The notes under the pieces: generated by a model
The model's input: only the letters and a program-made list of their open reading frames with translations
Told to the model about the DNA's origin: nothing
The model's database searches: none
Source of the DNA: Acaryochloris thomasi RCC1774
GTDB lineage: Bacteria > Cyanobacteriota > Cyanobacteriia > Thermosynechococcales > Thermosynechococcaceae
Assembly: GCF_003231495.1 (NCBI RefSeq)
Contig: NZ_PQWO01000045.1
Location: forward strand, 1 to 17,834
Reading direction: 5' to 3'
Length of the DNA: 17,834 bases
Shown: positions 16,066 to 17,834 of the stretch, one piece after another
How positions within the stretch are numbered: the first letter of the stretch is position 1
Layout: each line of letters opens with the position of its first letter
Made by a program: the position numbers and the translations under genes

Positions 16066-17610
16066 TTAGCTGTAGTAGTCTTGACCGCGCAAATTGTCAT
16101 GTTGAATCGGTGGCACTGAAGACTCTGGTGGTGCTTGGGGAAGCTGGTCATAATTAGATTTAAGAATCGACTTGAGCCGTTGATAACCGACGAGATTGAA
16201 GAGATTAGCCCGTTGTGCAGCCTGCTCTAATCGCTGGGGGCCATAGCGTGTGGCTAAATGCTGAACCCCTGAAATTGAGCGAAATGCCTGTTCTTCATAG
16301 GTCTTGCGCTTGAAGATGGCTTCCACCTGTTGGAGGGTCTGTGGCCCAATGCGATGTGCCCATGCTAAGAATCGCTCTTTCGACTGTTGTTTATAGGCCC
16401 AATGCTCAGGGGGCATATGCTCAGGTAAGGTGGTGTGCCGATACGGGACCGATGAGCGCGGATGGGCAGCAATCCGCTGATTTTCAAACAACACTTCAAT
16501 GAGTTTCTCGGTGATCTTGACGCTGACCTTGCGTCTGACAAACCAATAAGGGACCGAGTAGTAGTGGTGCTCCACTTCTATGTGATAGTCCAGGTTGACG
16601 GTCGCTTGTTTCCATTGCGCCAGGACAAACGAGTAAGTCGGTAAGGGCTTGAGGACCGATTTCTCTATCTGCTCAAAGCGTTGCCGACGTGACATGCCAT
16701 ACCCTTGCATCGTCCGCTCGTTAAGCTGGCACAGCTTGAGAGTAATGGCCTCATTGAGAGCGCTAAAGCTCGTGAATTGCTCATGGCGTAGTGGGGCAAT
16801 AATTTGCCGTTCTACTTCCTGGACCGCTTTTTCAACCTTGGCTTTATCGCGGGGTCGCCTGACACGTGTGGGAATGACCGCAACACCATAGTGCTCTGCA
16901 AATTCCTGGTAGCTGCGATTGAGTTCTGGCTCATATCGACAAGCAGAGTTGATACCGGATTTCAGATTATCGGGAACGATACAGTGGGGCACACCCCCAA
17001 AGAAGGCCAAAGCTCGTTGGTGAGAACCCAGCCAGTGAGGAATCGCTTGAGTGGGAGTTGCTTCGGCAAAGGTATAGTTGCTGGCACCTAAACACGCGAC
17101 AAAAATTTGAGCCTCATGCTCTTCTTCTGTGAACGGATCTCGGACCCTCATGGTCAACCCACAATAATCGACGAATAATTTTTCACCGGCTTTGTGGACC
17201 TGACGCATCGATAGATTATGATGCCCTTTCCACTGGTTGTAACGACGGCAAAATTGACCATAGCTCAGGTTCCATTCTTGGCGATCTAGGCCCTCTTGCC
17301 AGAGCAAAGCGAGGGTGATCCCTTTTGATTGCAATTCGGTATGAACCGCCTCAAAGTCAATCGCGTCCCGTTGCAAAGGCTTCGATTGATGCTTGCCCAG
17401 TAAGGCTTGAGCCTCCTTATCATTGAGACTTTGAAGTTGCTCGTAGCTGAGGCATTTAGCGGCAGCGCGACGGATATAGTCTTGAACCGTAGAGCGGGCT
17501 ACGACGCAACTGGTCGCGATCTGGGTTTGGTTATAGCCGAGTTCATAGAGGCGGATGATTTCTCGAAATTTGACCATCGATAGTAATTTCCCTTGGTGAT
17601 GATGCTTCAT
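16066..17610 (-). CDS. istA: IS21-family transposase IstA (HTH plus DDE/rve domain)
   Basis: 514 aa. The N-terminal HTH is IIRLYELGYNQTQIATSCVVARSTVQDYIRRA. Integrase-core-like motifs are LFVDYCG...IFVACLGASNYTFAEA...CIVPDNLKSG. The length and the pairing with IstB are typical of the family. The start could also be the internal MVKFREI. Confidence 0.92.
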   Translation of the reverse strand: MKHHHQGKLLSMVKFREIIRLYELGYNQTQIATSCVVARSTVQDYIRRAAAKCLSYEQLQSLNDKEAQALLGKHQSKPLQRDAIDFEAVHTELQSKGITLALLWQEGLDRQEWNLSYGQFCRRYNQWKGHHNLSMRQVHKAGEKLFVDYCGLTMRVRDPFTEEEHEAQIFVACLGASNYTFAEATPTQAIPHWLGSHQRALAFFGGVPHCIVPDNLKSGINSACRYEPELNRSYQEFAEHYGVAVIPTRVRRPRDKAKVEKAVQEVERQIIAPLRHEQFTSFSALNEAITLKLCQLNERTMQGYGMSRRQRFEQIEKSVLKPLPTYSFVLAQWKQATVNLDYHIEVEHHYYSVPYWFVRRKVSVKITEKLIEVLFENQRIAAHPRSSVPYRHTTLPEHMPPEHWAYKQQSKERFLAWAHRIGPQTLQQVEAIFKRKTYEEQAFRSISGVQHLATRYGPQRLEQAAQRANLFNLVGYQRLKSILKSNYDQLPQAPPESSVPPIQHDNLRGQDYYS

Positions 17611-17834
17611 GGCTCCTAACTCCTCTGCGGTCTTTACAGAACGTAGGACATTAGATTCCGTGAAACGTGGAAATTACCTGTGTGGGCACGGCAAACAACT
17701 ACATAGAGGTGTTTAGGGTACATCGGAACAGAAAACAACGCTAAGGCTGCAGCGCTTTGACAGCATAGGTTTCAGGCGTTATTTTTCGCCTTTTTCAGAG
17801 CACCTAAATCGATGTATCTCTTTCTATGTATAGG

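Larger units (their letters stand above)
15214..17762 (-). mobile_element. IS21-family insertion sequence (istA-istB); the termini are tentative
   Basis: istA and istB lie adjacent in the canonical order. The candidate ends read 5'-TGTCA (15214..15218) and TGACA-3' (17758..17762), flanked by GCA(T) on both sides (15211..15214 and 17763..17766). Only 5 bp of inverted repeat match, so the true left end could lie beyond the window. Confidence 0.8.

Noticed and set aside
15243-17091. Plus-strand and alternative-frame ORFs inside the IS21 element (15243..15425, 15355..15555, 15371..15634, 15788..15991, 15936..16151, 16462..16644, 16649..16891, 16804..17091)
   Set aside because: They are shadows of istA and istB, which fully account for the coding capacity of the element.
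1-17834. Search for CRISPR arrays, tRNA/rRNA genes and long tandem repeats
   Set aside because: I saw no regularly spaced repeats of 25-40 bp, no GGTTCGA(A/T)TCC T-arm motifs in the intergenic regions and no rRNA-like segments.

Overview
This window looks like a mosaic accessory region of a cyanobacterial genome, based on seven exact HIP1 octamers (GCGATCGC). Insertion sequences sit at both edges. The first 22 codons of an IS630-like transposase ORF run off the left end, and an IS21-family element (istA/istB) occupies about 15.2-17.8 kb on the right.

The content between them, in order:
- A probable minus-strand operon: two small, translationally coupled membrane ORFs, a GMC-family FAD oxidoreductase and a lipase-like alpha/beta hydrolase.
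- A frameshifted 3' remnant of umuC.
- A very AT-rich 500-bp control region.
- A clear bacterial lipoxygenase with no PLAT domain and no signal peptide.
- A 680-bp spacer with no ORFs that contains a GNRA-capped hairpin.
- A 1269-aa polytopic membrane protein, a HEAT-repeat protein and a TfoX N-domain protein.
- After a 480-bp gap, a cytoplasmic subtilisin-like S8 peptidase whose canonical Ser motif reads GTTFS.
- A 5'-truncated thermonuclease/Excalibur remnant that abuts the IS21.

The two leads most worth following are the lipase / GMC oxidoreductase / lipoxygenase neighbourhood, a possible oxylipin module, and the leaderless atypical S8 peptidase together with its HEAT and TfoX_N neighbours. 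I saw no tRNA, rRNA or CRISPR array. All family assignments come from motifs read by eye; no searches were run.
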